Positions 23,798 through 36,372 of a stretch of DNA of 64,000 nucleotides are shown in pieces. Each line of letters starts with the position of its first letter. The stretch's first letter is position 1. This DNA comes from Macrostomum hystrix (taxonomy: Eukaryota > Animalia > Platyhelminthes). The position numbers and the translations under genes were made by a program. Where the stretch lies: contig CATNEN010000010.1 in NCBI GenBank assembly GCA_950097015.1, forward strand, positions 1,736,001 to 1,800,000. The letters run 5' to 3'. The notes under the pieces are model-generated. The model was not told where the DNA came from. It ran no database searches and was given only the letters and a program-made list of their open reading frames with translations.

Positions 23798-26076
23798 TCA
23801 TACAGGACTGGGAGAGCGGCGGAACGGCGACAGTCCGCGTCGGCACAGTCGCCGGCCGCTGCGGCTTAGTCGGCACCAGACGGCCATCAGGACGCCAAGG
23901 GCGCAGGCGAAGCACAGCACCACGATGGCAACGTCCAGCCGGGAGAAGCCCATCATGTTGAAGGCCTCATCCGAGCCGACCCCAACGCTGTCAAAGCCGG
24001 CGGGATGGCTGGTCCAGCCGGCCTGCGGGCCGTACCAGCGCACTAGAAAAGACACCACGTGGAGCTCGGCCTCCAATTTCTCTGCCGTGCAACCCGAGCA
24101 GAGAGCGGCGGACGGGAAGCGTGCTTTGGGGAATGAGGGATCGTCCGAGGACTCGCCGCTGAGGCGCTTGTTGACTTGGTTGTGCTTGCGCCACAGGTAG
24201 AGCAGCTCAACGCCAGGATCGGGCTGGCGTCCGATCTCTTTCTCCATGTCGGCGGTGCCTTTGTTGAAGTTGTCGGCGCAGTAGCGGCAGGAGAAGCAGG
24301 CGACAATGAAGCGCCGCATGACGGGCAGCACCGGCGGGCCGGAGGCGCCGAAGCTGGCGAATCGAACGGCGGTCATGGTGTGAAACAGCTGCCACAGGCT
24401 GCACGGGTAGCCGCGCAGGTAAGGTTTGGAGCCGCGGCAGGAGACCCACGCGTCCGGCGGGTGGGATGGAAAGCCGGCGTCTGCGAGGGCGCGGAGCCAC
24501 AGCTCGTGGCTGGGTGGCGACTCGGGCAGCCAGGCGGTCAACGGGCGCAGCAGGCGGGCCAGCTCTGTTGAACGCGGCGACAGGTGCGAATTGAGCAGAC
24601 GGACAAAGTCGCGCACAGCCGGCCAGACGCCTGGACTGCCGAGGTCGACGGTGGCGGCGTCCGAGACGAGCGCCCGAATGATGCCGGAGCGGAGGTCCTG
24701 CACCGTTGGCGGCTGGAGCTCGCCGAGCGGCGCCATAGCGACCGCGGTCTTCGAACCGGCTGCGCCGGAAGCTGAACCGGCCGCCTTTGCCAATTCGTCG
24801 GGCACAGCGACCGAGGCCGGCCGCAGGGGCGCCAGGATCTGGCGGAGCTCGGCCAGGCTGGCCGACTGACCCAGAGCGGCATTGGACCGGCTGATGCGCA
24901 CTTCGCCTTTGGCAATGCCAGCCGAGCCGGGCCGCCAGCGAAGGCTCAAGCCGGGTAGGCTGTCCAGGATCAGCTGGAGGGAGAGGCGGCCCGGATTGGC
25001 CTCCTCCAGGAGAAGCGAGTCGGCGCTTGGAGACTCTCTTATAGGAAGAAGACAGAATGAGTATGTACTTCCTTACGAAGTAAACTGTTGTCAAGGTAAA
25101 CAGCAGGAGTAACTGTTCTCCTAGGCAGATAGTTCGATGCCTCGCCATCCAATTAGCAAGAGCTTAACTTCCAGCTGTAATCAATTTTAACGGCACAAAT
25201 TTTCATTCTCACTCACCCAAGCGGCAGAGGCGCCAGCTGAGGTACGTAGGGCTGCAGGTGGGTCAGCAGCTGGTCAAACAGGTCGGCTCCGGGGTCCAGA
25301 CTAGCAGCGAATTTCGCCTCCCAGGTGGTGTTGCTGGGAATGAACAGCAGGCTGGGTACTCCGCTCAGGCCGTAGTGAGACATCACCTTGCTGTTGGCCA
25401 CGTCTGCCGTGTCCATCACGGCCAGCTTGACTGTGTCTGACCAGCCTGCGCGGATTCGCGGGTTACGGAATCCGAGATAATCAGCATTGTCAGTGGTTTG
25501 AGTCTGTACATCGTGGATGGAATCGGTGAAAATTCACATCGTGGGTCTCTGAAGCTGTGTGTAAATGTACATTGCGGGTGGGCTGAAGGTGTGTACATTG
25601 TAGATTGGCCATTATAGGCTCAGAAAGGCCCTGAGGCTGTGTACATCACTTGACAGAGATAATGTACAACGGAATGGAGTCACACATAATGTACATCGGG
25701 ATGGAGTCACACATAATGTACATCGAGATGGAGTCACACATAATGTACATCGAGATGGAGTCACACATAATGTACATCGGGATGGAGTCACATATAATGT
25801 CTTACCTTTGATATTGTTAGCGAAGGTCTTAAAGCCGGGAGCAAAGTTGATGCAGTGTCCGCAGTAGCTGTGATACAGCTGCAGCAGCCAGTGCCGCCGC
25901 ATGTCGCCTGAGTAAATAGTAGACTGCAGTTCGTCAAACTTAAGCGGAGTCACGTGATCTGTGGCCTGATAGAGACCTTTGTTGACCGCGGCAGCCGAAA
26001 CGACAGTCTGAGACCGTTGAGACAGTGAGCAAAGCAGAAGGAGAAGCAGTTGTTGCAGCAGCAGCATGACTAGCAT
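23798..26076 (-). CDS. QSOX1: Quiescin sulfhydryl oxidase (QSOX). Exons 26076-25806, 25445-25217, 25037-23798
   Basis: Signal peptide MLVMLLLQQLLLLLL, thioredoxin YCGHC, CRGSKPYLRGYPCSLWQLFH, Erv/ALR FSCRYC and LWRKHNQVNKRL, C-terminal transmembrane segment. Junctions G|GC and GG|A are frame-consistent. QSOX1 versus QSOX2 orthology cannot be resolved here. Confidence 0.92.
25660..25800. repeat. 27-bp repeat (~5 copies) in QSOX intron 1
   Basis: Unit gtacatcgggatggagtcacacataat. Confidence 0.85.
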
Positions 26077-26900
26077 AGCAACAAGGTCCGATTTTATGCA
26101 GGTGTGAGGGGTGGGTGCCCAGACTACAGGCGGAGTGGGGCGGCTGTCGGGAAGGAGATTCGGGCTTGTCGAGCGCTGATTGGCTGAAATTATGATAAAT
26201 ACGAAACGAAGTGTAAATAAGTCCTGCAGTACAATTGGAAAGAATAATTCACGTTTAACTAGCGACCAAAACAAATGGACCAAATAATATTCAAACGACT
26301 CAATAGAATGACTTAGTCTATTGATGTTTATACTGAGAAACTGCAAAAAGGTACCAGTCAATGAATTGTGTAAAGGAACTCAAGTTTGCAGAGGAGCAGC
26401 AACCATCAAATTCACTCAGTATATTTCAAGCAGCGATGATTTGCGCAATAATCAGCGAATGGAATGAGAAGCCAATGAAAAACAGAAACAAATGATCCAT
26501 GCGATAATTCAGTGCAAATGCTATTGCTAATTTCGATACCAAAAGCCATTCTTGAATATATATATATAGGCTGCTCAGGAAAAAACTCAAGGGAATTAGC
26601 ACTAAAAGACAAAAATAAGCCAAAAAGATTTATCTATCATAGAATTTTAAATCTTACTCAGTTAGAATAGAATCCAAAAATCATAGTCGTTAGCGGTCAA
26701 AAATGTGGATTAGAATATTGCTAAAGATTAAAAAGCGAATCAAAGTGATTTCCGAAAAGCCAGATCAATTGTAAAAGCTGAACTAGAGCAAAGAATCAAG
26801 GCCTAGTGAACTGGAAGACGGCTTGATGAAACAAGCGAAACTTCATTTAGTGGCTACTGCAAGTAAGCTAATTGAGTTTTTTCTGCGTTTGTCGGTTTAT

Positions 26901-29084
26901 TCAGGGCAGCGAGTGCTTGCCCGGCAGCCAGACCGCCGAGTGACGGCAGAGACGTAGCCGAAGTTCGTCGAGCTCAGGCGTCGGTGTGGAATCATCCGGG
27001 CAGAACAGCAGCCGACGGCCATTAGGTGTGGCGCCTCTGGCTCGCCATGCGGCGAGGTGCCCGACGAAGTCGCTTCGAGCGCCGCCGAGCAGGCAGAGCG
27101 CAGCCGGGCGCGCAGCCAAGAGGCGGGCGCGGAGGTCAGCGGCATCCGCAGTCGATGACGCTACGAAGCGCGGCGTGCTGGCCGAAGCCGGCAGGCCGAC
27201 CAGGGCTTTCGGCGCCCAGCCGCCAACCGTTGCCACGGCAACGGGCACGCGCAAAGCAATGGCCAGCGAGACCAGTCGGACAAGCTGCCGGCTGGCCAGC
27301 TCCGACTCGGCCCCGGCATCGATGACGAGGAAGGCGGGCGGAACAGAGCGCACGGCGACCTGGCCGGACGCCGCCGGCAGCAGGCGAGCAATCGAGGAGG
27401 AGCGGCAGCCGGCGTCGTCTGGTGCGGCGGGCAGGCGGGCGCGAAGCCGGCGCGGACAACGTGCGGTCAACTCGGCCAGGCACGCGGCCGCATCGGAGCG
27501 GGATGGCCGGCCTGCTGACCGGATTGCCAGCACGGCCTCAGCGGCCGCAGCTGCCGAGGAGCCCGCAGGTGGATGTGCTCCGTGCACGATCTCTAGACTC
27601 TCTGCCCTTTGCTCCGCCGCCGCTGCGGCCTCCTCGTCGACATTCGACACCGGCGGTGGAGGCGCCAAGGTCCAGGCGGAGTCGCAGTGCGGCCCCAGCT
27701 CCGGCTGCTGAGGTTGCGGCCGGGGCCGGCAGTTGACCCAGATGCTGCAGGCGGCGTTAAGACCGGGAATGAGCTCCCACAGCAGGCCGGACTGCTGGCA
27801 GTGCAGGACCACGGAGTCGGCTGGTAGGCCACCTGCGCTAGCCAGCTTCAAAGCCTCCGCCGGAGTGCGGAACACAAGCGCCACGGCCAGTGGAGCCGCG
27901 TGCGAAGTTTGAAGCAGCCGGTCTGACGGCTGCGGCCCGGAAAGAACTGTTGGCGCCACAAATCCGGCAGTGTTGACATCGACAGCAGCGTCGGCGACAG
28001 CAGCCACATAGGCGCCTTCGGCAAGAGCATCGGCCAGTGCGGCGGCGGAGGTGGCCGCAGCATTCGAACAGAGCGGCGGCCCTGCGTCCAGGCAAACGAG
28101 CGGCCTATCGGAGGCGCGCAGCCGGCGCATCCGGTCGGAGAGCAGCGCCAGGAAGTCGTCGGCAAGGGCTTCGTGCAGCAGCAGCCGTTTGGGTGTTTCT
28201 GGTAGTTGACCATTGCAGGCGGCCAACGACATCGTCAGCTCATCGGCCGCCGCGCCTAGATCGCAGGGCGGAGCAACAATGAACAGCGACGAGACGGCGG
28301 ACGAAGAGACGGAGAAGACGGCCGCTTCGAGCGTCTTTGGCAAGGCCTGTGGCAGCGAGGCTGCAGCGGGCGACCAAATCCTAGTGGCACGCGGCAGGAC
28401 ACCGATGTCGGCAACACCGGGCAGGAACTCCAGGTGCTGGAATGGCCACCTGGCTTCCAGGGCCAGACTAGCAAACAGGCAGCAGGAGACGGCGGCGGGG
28501 TCGGAGGCAACGGCGGTGGCCAAGCAGAGGCCGTCGCCGGAGGCCAAGCAGGCCAGCAGTCGCCGGAAGCAGTGGAGCAGCGGCCGCGGCCCGCCAATGA
28601 TTGCCAGCTCGCGAGACGATGTCGGATCCAATCCCGGAGGCGGCACTTCGACTGCATCCGCCAGAAGTGCGTCGATAATGTCAAGGTCGTCGGCCACGTC
28701 AGCTGGTGCCCGACCGGTGGCGAAGATCTCAGCCAGGCTGCAGAGCTCCCGCTGGCCGGCGATCGTCTTGCGCAGGCGACGGAGCGCTTCGGTCAGTTCG
28801 GCCGCAGACACCGCTGGGGTCGCTGATGTCGGCGAAGCTTCAACCCAGGCCGCCGGCGGGATGGATGAGGAAATCGAAGTCGACCAGCAGCGCCAGGGGC
28901 TGGCAAGTGGCTTTGGAGCTGACGACGTGCCTGGAGGACTCACAAACTCGCCGCCGCGGTAGGGTCGAACTGCGCCGGACAGGCCGGGAGCGTCGCGCAG
29001 CCAGCGGAGCAGCGGCTCCAGGCTGAGCTCGGCATCGGTGGGGTAGCTGGCTGACTGCATGATGCTCAGCAGGCTGGACGACAT
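26901..29084 (-). CDS. ALDH16A1: Aldehyde dehydrogenase family 16-like protein, intronless, ~727 aa, probably non-catalytic
   Basis: ALDH-like motifs in ALDH16 order: ATGRAPADV, DLGAAADEL, NGQ.P..PKRLLLHEALADDFLALLSDRMRRLR, GFVAPTVL, VFRTPAEALKLA, IWVN, plus a ~250-aa C-terminal extension. Highly diverged, so the family call is moderate. ATG at 29084 is preceded by TTTCAG|CC. Confidence 0.7.
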   Translation of the reverse strand: MSSSLLSIMQSASYPTDAELSLEPLLRWLRDAPGLSGAVRPYRGGEFVSPPGTSSAPKPLASPWRCWSTSISSSIPPAAWVEASPTSATPAVSAAELTEALRRLRKTIAGQRELCSLAEIFATGRAPADVADDLDIIDALLADAVEVPPPGLDPTSSRELAIIGGPRPLLHCFRRLLACLASGDGLCLATAVASDPAAVSCCLFASLALEARWPFQHLEFLPGVADIGVLPRATRIWSPAAASLPQALPKTLEAAVFSVSSSAVSSLFIVAPPCDLGAAADELTMSLAACNGQLPETPKRLLLHEALADDFLALLSDRMRRLRASDRPLVCLDAGPPLCSNAAATSAAALADALAEGAYVAAVADAAVDVNTAGFVAPTVLSGPQPSDRLLQTSHAAPLAVALVFRTPAEALKLASAGGLPADSVVLHCQQSGLLWELIPGLNAACSIWVNCRPRPQPQQPELGPHCDSAWTLAPPPPVSNVDEEAAAAAEQRAESLEIVHGAHPPAGSSAAAAAEAVLAIRSAGRPSRSDAAACLAELTARCPRRLRARLPAAPDDAGCRSSSIARLLPAASGQVAVRSVPPAFLVIDAGAESELASRQLVRLVSLAIALRVPVAVATVGGWAPKALVGLPASASTPRFVASSTADAADLRARLLAARPAALCLLGGARSDFVGHLAAWRARGATPNGRRLLFCPDDSTPTPELDELRLRLCRHSAVWLPGKHSLP

Positions 29085-29139
29085 GGCTGAAAGTATGAGC
29101 AACTGGCTTAATTAGGTATGACTTGGTATGGCCTAGATA

Positions 29140-30335
29140 ACTGCTGTCAACTGCTGTCAAATGCCTGATGTCAACTCTGGCTTCAGACAGCAAGTCACGT
29201 CTGATGAGTTGGCAACTGCTGTCAACTCTGTCTGATGTGTCTGGCAACTGCTGTCAACTCTGTCTGATGTGTCTGGCAACTGCTGTCAACTCTGTCTAAT
29301 GTGTCAGTCAACTGCTGTCAAATCTGTCTGATGTGAATGTCAACTGCTGTCAACTCTGTCTGATGTGTATGTCAACTGCTGTCAAATCTGTCTGATGTGA
29401 ATGTCAACTGCTGTCAACTCTGTCTGATGTGTATGTCAACTGCTGTCAAATCTGTCTGATGTGTATGTCAACTGCTGTCAACTCTGTCTGATGTGTATGT
29501 CAACTGCTGTCAACTGCTGTCAACTCTGTCTGATGTGTATGTCAACTGCCTGATGTGTCTGCCAACTGCTGTCAACTCTGTCTGATGTGTATGTCAACTG
29601 CTGTCAACTGCTGTCAACTCTGTCTGATGTGTATGTCAACTGCCTGATGTGTCTGCCAACTGCTGTCAACTCTGTCTGATGTGTCAGTCAACTGCCGTCA
29701 ACTCTGTCTGATGTGTCAGTCAACTGCTGTCAACTCTGCCTGATGTGTCAGTCAAATGCCGTCAACTCTGTCTGATGTGTCAGTCAACTGCCGTCAACTC
29801 TGTCTGATGTGTCTGGCAACTGCTGTCAACTCTGCCTGATGTGTCAGTCAAATGCCGTCAACTCTGTCTGATGTGTCAGTCAACTGCCGTCAACTCTGTC
29901 TGATGTGTCAGTCAACTGCTGTAAACTCTGCCTGATGTGTCTGGCAACTGCTGTCAACTCTGTCTGATGTGTCAGTCAACTGCTGTCAACTCTGCCTGAT
30001 GTGCCTGGCAACTGCTGTCAACTCTGCCTGATGTGTCTGTCAACTGCTGTCAACTCTGTCTGATGTGTCAGTCAACTGCTGTCAAATCTGTCTGATGTGT
30101 ATGTCAACTGCTGTCAACTCTGTCTGATGTGTCAGTCAACTGTCTGATGTGTCTGGCAACTGCTGTCAACTCTGTCTGATGTGTCTGGCAACTGCTGTCA
30201 ACTCTGTCTGATGTGTCTGTCAACTGCTGTCAACTCTGTCTGATGTGTCTGGCAACTGCTGTCAACTCTGCCTGATGTGTCTGTCAACTGCTGTCAACTC
30301 TGTCTGATGTGTCTGTCAACTGCAGTCAACTCTGT
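29140..30335. repeat. ~32-bp degenerate minisatellite
   Basis: Unit aactgctgtcaactctgtctgatgtgt(ctggc/atgtc/cagtc). Confidence 0.93.
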
Positions 30336-31296
30336 CTTCTGTCTGCATATCTTGTATTTACCTGCAAATATGCATTATTAATCGAAATGGAACGCACCCA
30401 TGAGTGTGATTGTGATAGCTAGAATTGTTTTAAATTCACGTTTGGATACTTAAAATGGCTAAAATGCTACCAATAGACACTATAATATAATATTTTAGTG
30501 TCAACAATATACATATATATACAAAAATCGTTGCTGGTACATACAACCCTGCTGGTCTATTTTGGTTGAGCCGTCAAAACAAAAGCTTATTCGGCGAACT
30601 ACAAATAGTAAACATAAAGTATAAGGTAATGCAAATTTCGAGTATAAATGACAAAAAACAGACTTTGAACAAAGCGTAATGCATAGACGGTCACGCTAAA
30701 GCAAAATGAGCCGCCAATTAGCAAAAAAGGTGAGAAAATGAGGCAATAAAAACTAGATAGCAAACTGCGGACTAAAGGACTAGATAGGCTTTAAATAATT
30801 TAGGCTTCTGTGTTTAATTCATGCAAAAAACGGCTGCTGAGACAGGTGAATCTCACTAATGTAAAATAATAATGAGTATATGCTCATCAGATGTACTCTG
30901 AGAAGGCCAATAAAATGTTTAGAACAGAATACGGTGCATAAATCCAAGTTAAATAGTGAGTGCAGGCAAAAAGTGCCTCGTGTGGAACACATGACAACCT
31001 TTGGGGGGAGGAAAGAATAACCTGATTGTCTACTACAGAGAAGTATAAACAGTTGATTACAACCGATCGAGAGGAAAAATGCATTAAAATGCCTACTGTT
31101 TACTGTTTAGTAGTATGCGGAGAGTATTAAATTAAAAAATCTAGAAATGATATACTTGATTAAATTCTTTGAGTGTGTGTGGTTAGGGGTATTGGCAGTG
31201 TGAGCAGCCAATCGAACTGTTGCAGGCCGTATAGCAACAATATCCCAGTTTAATGACCAGTGGAAAGATGCGGGTGACATTGACCTACTGAGCCAG

Positions 31297-33854
31297 TCAC
31301 ATGCAGTATTTCTGGTCCTCCTTCTCGTAGGGCAGGTCGGGGTGTGCCCTGGGAATGAGCAACACCACCGCTACCATGATTGCCAACACGTAGGAGGTGA
31401 AGAAGATCCGGTCCAGCACAATGGCCAGAGTGCGCCACTCCATGGCTGCCGAGTTTCGGCGCTCCTTCTCCTTCAGGCGGCTCAGGTACATGCGCAGGTG
31501 GCGCTTCAGTTCCAGCACGCCTTTCTCAATCGAACCGGAGCGGGAGGCTTCCTCTTCGTCGTCGTCGTTGTAGTCATCGCCTGGCTGACGCAGCTTCTTC
31601 TTCTGTTGCTGCAGCCGGCGGCGCTGATGCAGGCGGCTGATCTGCTCCGCCTCGGAGGCACCCGCAGGCGCCACGGATGACGGCGGAGCCGGAGGCGGCG
31701 GCGATTTCGATGCCATCCTAGTCCTGACAAGCTCGGAGGCCGGCGGCGGAAGAGGCACATTCTGGCGGACCAGAAATAGGCGACCGAGGCCTTCAACGAG
31801 GAGCTGGCGGAGCAGCGGATGCAGCGGCGCGTGGCGCTCGGCGCGCACGTACAGGTTGATAACAATGACAGCCAGGAAGGTGCTTAGGGTGATCATAACC
31901 ATGTTCAGGCAATAATAATATCCAATCAACGGGAAGGTCTTGACTGCTGAAGGCGTGGCCTCGGACAGCAGCAGCATGAGGACAAAGAAGGCCACGAAGA
32001 TGTTCATGCCCAGCTGCATCTTGGCCGGCGACTCCGGTGGCAGCCAGAAGATGACCCAGGTCAGGCAGGACAGCAGGATGCAGGGCAGCACCAGGATGGA
32101 CAAGTAGAATGAGGCGCTGCGACGCATGCGAACCCGATACTGCAGGGTTTTGTAGGTGCGGTTGTACTGGCCGCCGCTAGACGACTGGAAGGTGACATTG
32201 CGGCAGCGGACAATGGACCGGATCTGCTTGGTGCGGCGAGACGGCCAAATTGTTGGCTCCAGCTCGCCGTCCGTCACCCACTCATTGCTGGGAATGTAGT
32301 TGGTGTAGTCGATGTAGGGATTTGGCTCAGAGCCCTGGGTATCGTTGTCGTAGGTGATCTCGTAGTCGTACCAGTTGATGTTTAGCTGGGTCACATCGTA
32401 GGTCCAGGAGCCGAACTCCAGCACGCACAGCTGAGTGTCGAACGGAAAGTACAGACTCTCCACCGGGCATGTACTTTTAAACAGAGACTGCGGCACCCAC
32501 AGCACCAGACCGTGGCTGTACACAACAATGCGGGCTTCTCTCTGCTCTGACAGTCGCTCATCAGCAAAGTTCAACAGCCGAATGTCCGGCGTCCAGATGA
32601 GGTCGGGGAACACCCGAATCTGCGTCAGGTTCTCAAACTGGCGAGTTGTGTCAGTCCAGCCGCTCCAGTTCAGCAGCCTGTCGTGCCACATGTAGCGCAG
32701 CCAGCAGTTCGTGCGCAGCAGCTGCCGGTTCTCGTCCAGGTCCAGGATCTGCACAAACGCCAGGCCGAACTTGATCTCCACCTGCAGAGCCAATCAGAAC
32801 TCAGGGTTAGATAACACGTGTCTGAGCACTGAATCATAGGGGCTGACATAATCTCAAATACTCTTTGCTAAAATTTTGAGGGACGTGATAAATAGTGGGT
32901 CAATCCTACACTCTAGTGGGTCAATCCTATACTCTACTGGGTCAATCCTATACTCTACTGGGTCAATCTTACACTCTAGTGGGTCAATCCTACACTCTAC
33001 TGGGTCAATCCTACACTCTAGTGGGTCAATCCTACACTCTACTAGGTCAATCCTATACTCTAGTGGGTCAATCCTATACTCTACTGGGTCAATCTTACAC
33101 TCTAGTGGGTCAATCCTACACTCTAGTGGGTCTATCCTATACTCTACTGAGTCAATCCTACACTCTACTGGGTCAATCCTACACTCTACTGGGTCAATCC
33201 TACACTCTACTGGGTCAATCCTATACTCTACTGGGTCAATCCTACACTCTACTGGGTCAATCATACACTCTACTGGGTCAATCCTACACTCTACTGGGTC
33301 AATCCTACACTCGAGTGGGTCTATCCTATACTCTACTGGGTCAATCCTACATTCGACTGGGTCAACCCTACACTCTAGTGGGTCAATCCTATACTCTACT
33401 GGGTCAATCTTACACTCTAGTGGGTCAATCCTATACTCTACTGAGTCAATCCTACACTCTAGTGGGTCTATCCTATACTCTACTGGGTCAATCTTACACT
33501 CTAGTGGGTCAATCCTACACTCTAGTGGGTCTATCCTATACTCTACTGGGTCAATCTTACACTCTAGTGGGTCAACAAGATTACTATTGAGTCTTCAAAC
33601 TTTCTTGAGAGTCGATGAAGTCGAAGGGGACACTCAATCCCCTTGCTCACCTGTTCTTTGTAGTTGCTAACTGGGCGACCCAGAAGCCCGTGCTCCCTAT
33701 AGCCATTGATGAGCTTCTGAATGAGCAGCTTCTCGTTGGACCGATTGGCCGCCTTTGCCGACGATGCCGACACTAATAACGACGGTGAAGGCACCGAAAC
33801 AAGCTGGCCGAGCAGCGGCAGGAGAGGCAAAAGTAGCAGAACGGACGGCCGCAT
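31297..33854 (-). CDS. Cys-loop nicotinic acetylcholine receptor subunit, non-alpha, anion-selective (ACC) type. Exons 33854-33651, 32781-31297
   Basis: Signal peptide, LGRPV, IWTPDI, Cys-loop CPVESLYFPFDTQLC, FGSWTYD, four TM segments, M1-M2 LPPESPAKMQLGMNIFVAFFVL; no vicinal CC in loop C; phase-0 intron CAG|GTGAG..CAG|GTG. Confidence 0.93.
32895..33575. repeat. 21-bp minisatellite (~32 copies) in the receptor intron
   Basis: Unit gggtcaatcctacactctact. Confidence 0.95.
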
Positions 33855-33984
33855 CAAAACTGTCAGTCTCTTGGCGACTGAAATTGTTACGGATCTGAGT
33901 GCTGTAAAACCAGATTTTGTTCAACTCACAAGGAAGAGCTAGGCTGCCTGTGCACTCGGCCGCTAATAAATTTACGAAGTGAGG

Positions 33985-34125
33985 TGGTGGGTGGAGTGAG
34001 GTGGTTGGTGGAGTGAGGTGGTGGGCGGAGTAAGGTGGTGGGTGGAGTGAGGTGGTGGGCGGAGTGAGGTGGTTGATGGAGTGAGGTGGCTGGCGAAGTG
34101 GGGTGGTCGGTGGAGTGAGGTGGAT
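33985..34125. repeat. ~17-bp G-rich degenerate repeat
   Basis: Unit ggtggtgggtggagtga. Confidence 0.75.
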
Positions 34126-34814
34126 AGCGGAATGTAAAACCACGTCATTCTGATACGAGATAAAATTTCAATTAATTTAGGTGAATGGAATCAATGGAAG
34201 GAAATGAATTAAAAATTTCAATGTACATGACGGCTAATCATTCTTTTCTTCTGGAAACTATGGGGTCTGCTAAGAAAAACGTAAAACTACTATCTAAAAA
34301 ATGAAGCAGAACAGGCAACACAGACACCACCGACAAAGAAATCTATCCACCCATCCACTTAAACTACAGTAGGCCTAGATCAATGCTAACGATCGATTTG
34401 CCGCATTGAAGCGCCCGCTACTCGTTTCCCTCGCACTTCTCTCTGAGCTGCTCTGAGCTGCATTTGAATCCAAAGCACGCCTCAGCACCGAGGGGCCGCG
34501 GGTGAGAATCTCGAGCCCTAGATTTTCTCCAGAGCTCCTCTTGCTGGTCTTGGCTTTCTTCAACCCCGCTTCCCAACTTTCTGTTCCACTCTCGTTCTGC
34601 AATGAAAGTTCTCACGCGAGGGCCCCCAAGGCCGCGAGGCATCCACTGAAAGATTCAGCAGCTCGCAGTGCGCCGCCGCCGCCGCCTGAGCGGCCTGAGC
34701 AAGGGCGAAAATCATCGATAAATTCGAATCTTAGATCGGACAAGACAATTTCGCCCAATGGCTTTACAAAACCGCGCAGTAATGAAAGCGAGCCACGCAA
34801 TGAAACCTAAAGAA

Positions 34815-36372
34815 CTCTCACCCTAGTCCTGTGTATTCTCTCACCCTAGTCCTGTGTATTCTCTCACCCTAGTCCTGTGTATTCTCTCACCCTAGTCCTG
34901 TGTATTCTCTTACCCTAGTCCTGTGTATTCTCTCACCCTAGTCCTGTGTATTCTCTTACCCTAGTCGTGTGTATTCTCTCACCCTAGTCCTGTGTATTCT
35001 CTCACCCTAGTCCTGTGTATTCTCTCACCCTAGTCCTGTGTATTCTCTCACCCTAGTCCTGTGTATTCTCTCACCCTAGTCCTGTGTATTCTCTCACCCT
35101 AGTCCTGTGTATTCTCTCACCCTAGTCCTGTGTATTCTCTTACCCTAGTCCTGTGTATTCTCTCACCCTAGTCCTGTGTATTCTCTCACCCTAGTCCTGT
35201 GTATTCTCTCACCCTAGTCCTGTGTATTCTCTCACCCTAGTCCTGTGTATTCTCTCACCCTAGTCCTGTGTATTCTCTCACCCTAGTCCTGTGTATTCTC
35301 TTACCCTAGTCCTGTGTATTCTCTCACCCTAGTCCTGTGTATTCTCTCACCCTAGTCCTGTGTATTCTCTCACCCTAGTCCTGTGTATTCTCTCACCCTA
35401 GTCCTGTGTATTCTCTCACCCTAGTCCTGTGTATTCTCTCACCCTAGTCCTGTGTATTCTCTCACCCTAGTCCTGTGTATTCTCTCACCCTAGTCCTGTG
35501 TATTCTCTCACCCTAGTCCTGTGTATTCTCTCACCCTAGTCCTGTGTATTCTCTCACCCTAGTCCTGTGTATTCTCTCACCCTAGTCCTGTGTATTCTCT
35601 TACCCTAGTCCTGTGTATTCTCTTACCCTAGTCCTGTGTATTCTCTCACCCTAGTCCTGTGTATTCTCTCACCCTAGTCCTGTGTATTCTCTCACCCTAG
35701 TCCTGTGTATTCTCTCACCCTAGTCCTGTGTATTCTCTTACCCTAGTCCTGTGTATTCTCTCACCCTAGTCCTGTGTATTCTCTCACCCTAGTCCTGTGT
35801 ATTCTCTCACCCTAGTCCTGTGTATTCTCTCACCCTAGTCCTGTGTATTCTCTCACCCTAGTCCTGTGTATTCTCTTACCCTAGTCCTGTGTATTCTCTC
35901 ACCCTAGTCCTGTGTATTCTCTCACCCTAGTCCTGTGTATTCTCTCACCCTAGTCCTGTGTATTCTCTCACCCTAGTCCTGTGTATTCTCTTACCCTAGT
36001 CCTGTGTATTCTCTCACCCTAGTCCTGTGTATTCTCTTACCCTAGTCCTGTGTATTCTCTCACCCTAGTCCTGTGTATTCTCTTACCCTAGTCCTGTGTA
36101 TTCTCTCACCCTAGTCCTGTGTATTCTCTCACCCTAGTCCTGTGTATTCTCTCACCCTAGTCCTGTGTATTCTCTCACCCTAGTCCTGTGTATTCTCTCA
36201 CCTTAGTCCTGTGTATTCTCTCACCCTAGTCCTGTGTATTATCTCCCTGGCTGTCTGCATTCTCTCCCTGGCTGTCTGCATTCTCTCCATGGCTGTCAGC
36301 ATTCTCTCCCTGGCTGTCTGCATTCTCTCCATGGCTGTCAGCATTCTCTCCCTGGCTGTCTGCATTCTCTCT
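34815..36372. repeat. 23-bp minisatellite (~61 copies), followed from about 36241 by a related 21-bp unit (~6 copies)
   Basis: Units ctctcaccctagtcctgtgtatt and ctctcc(c/a)tggctgtc(t/a)gcatt. Confidence 0.96.

Noticed and set aside
34375-34810. GC-rich ORFs upstream of the receptor gene
   Set aside because: Short, overlapping and motif-free; more likely 5' UTR or promoter sequence.
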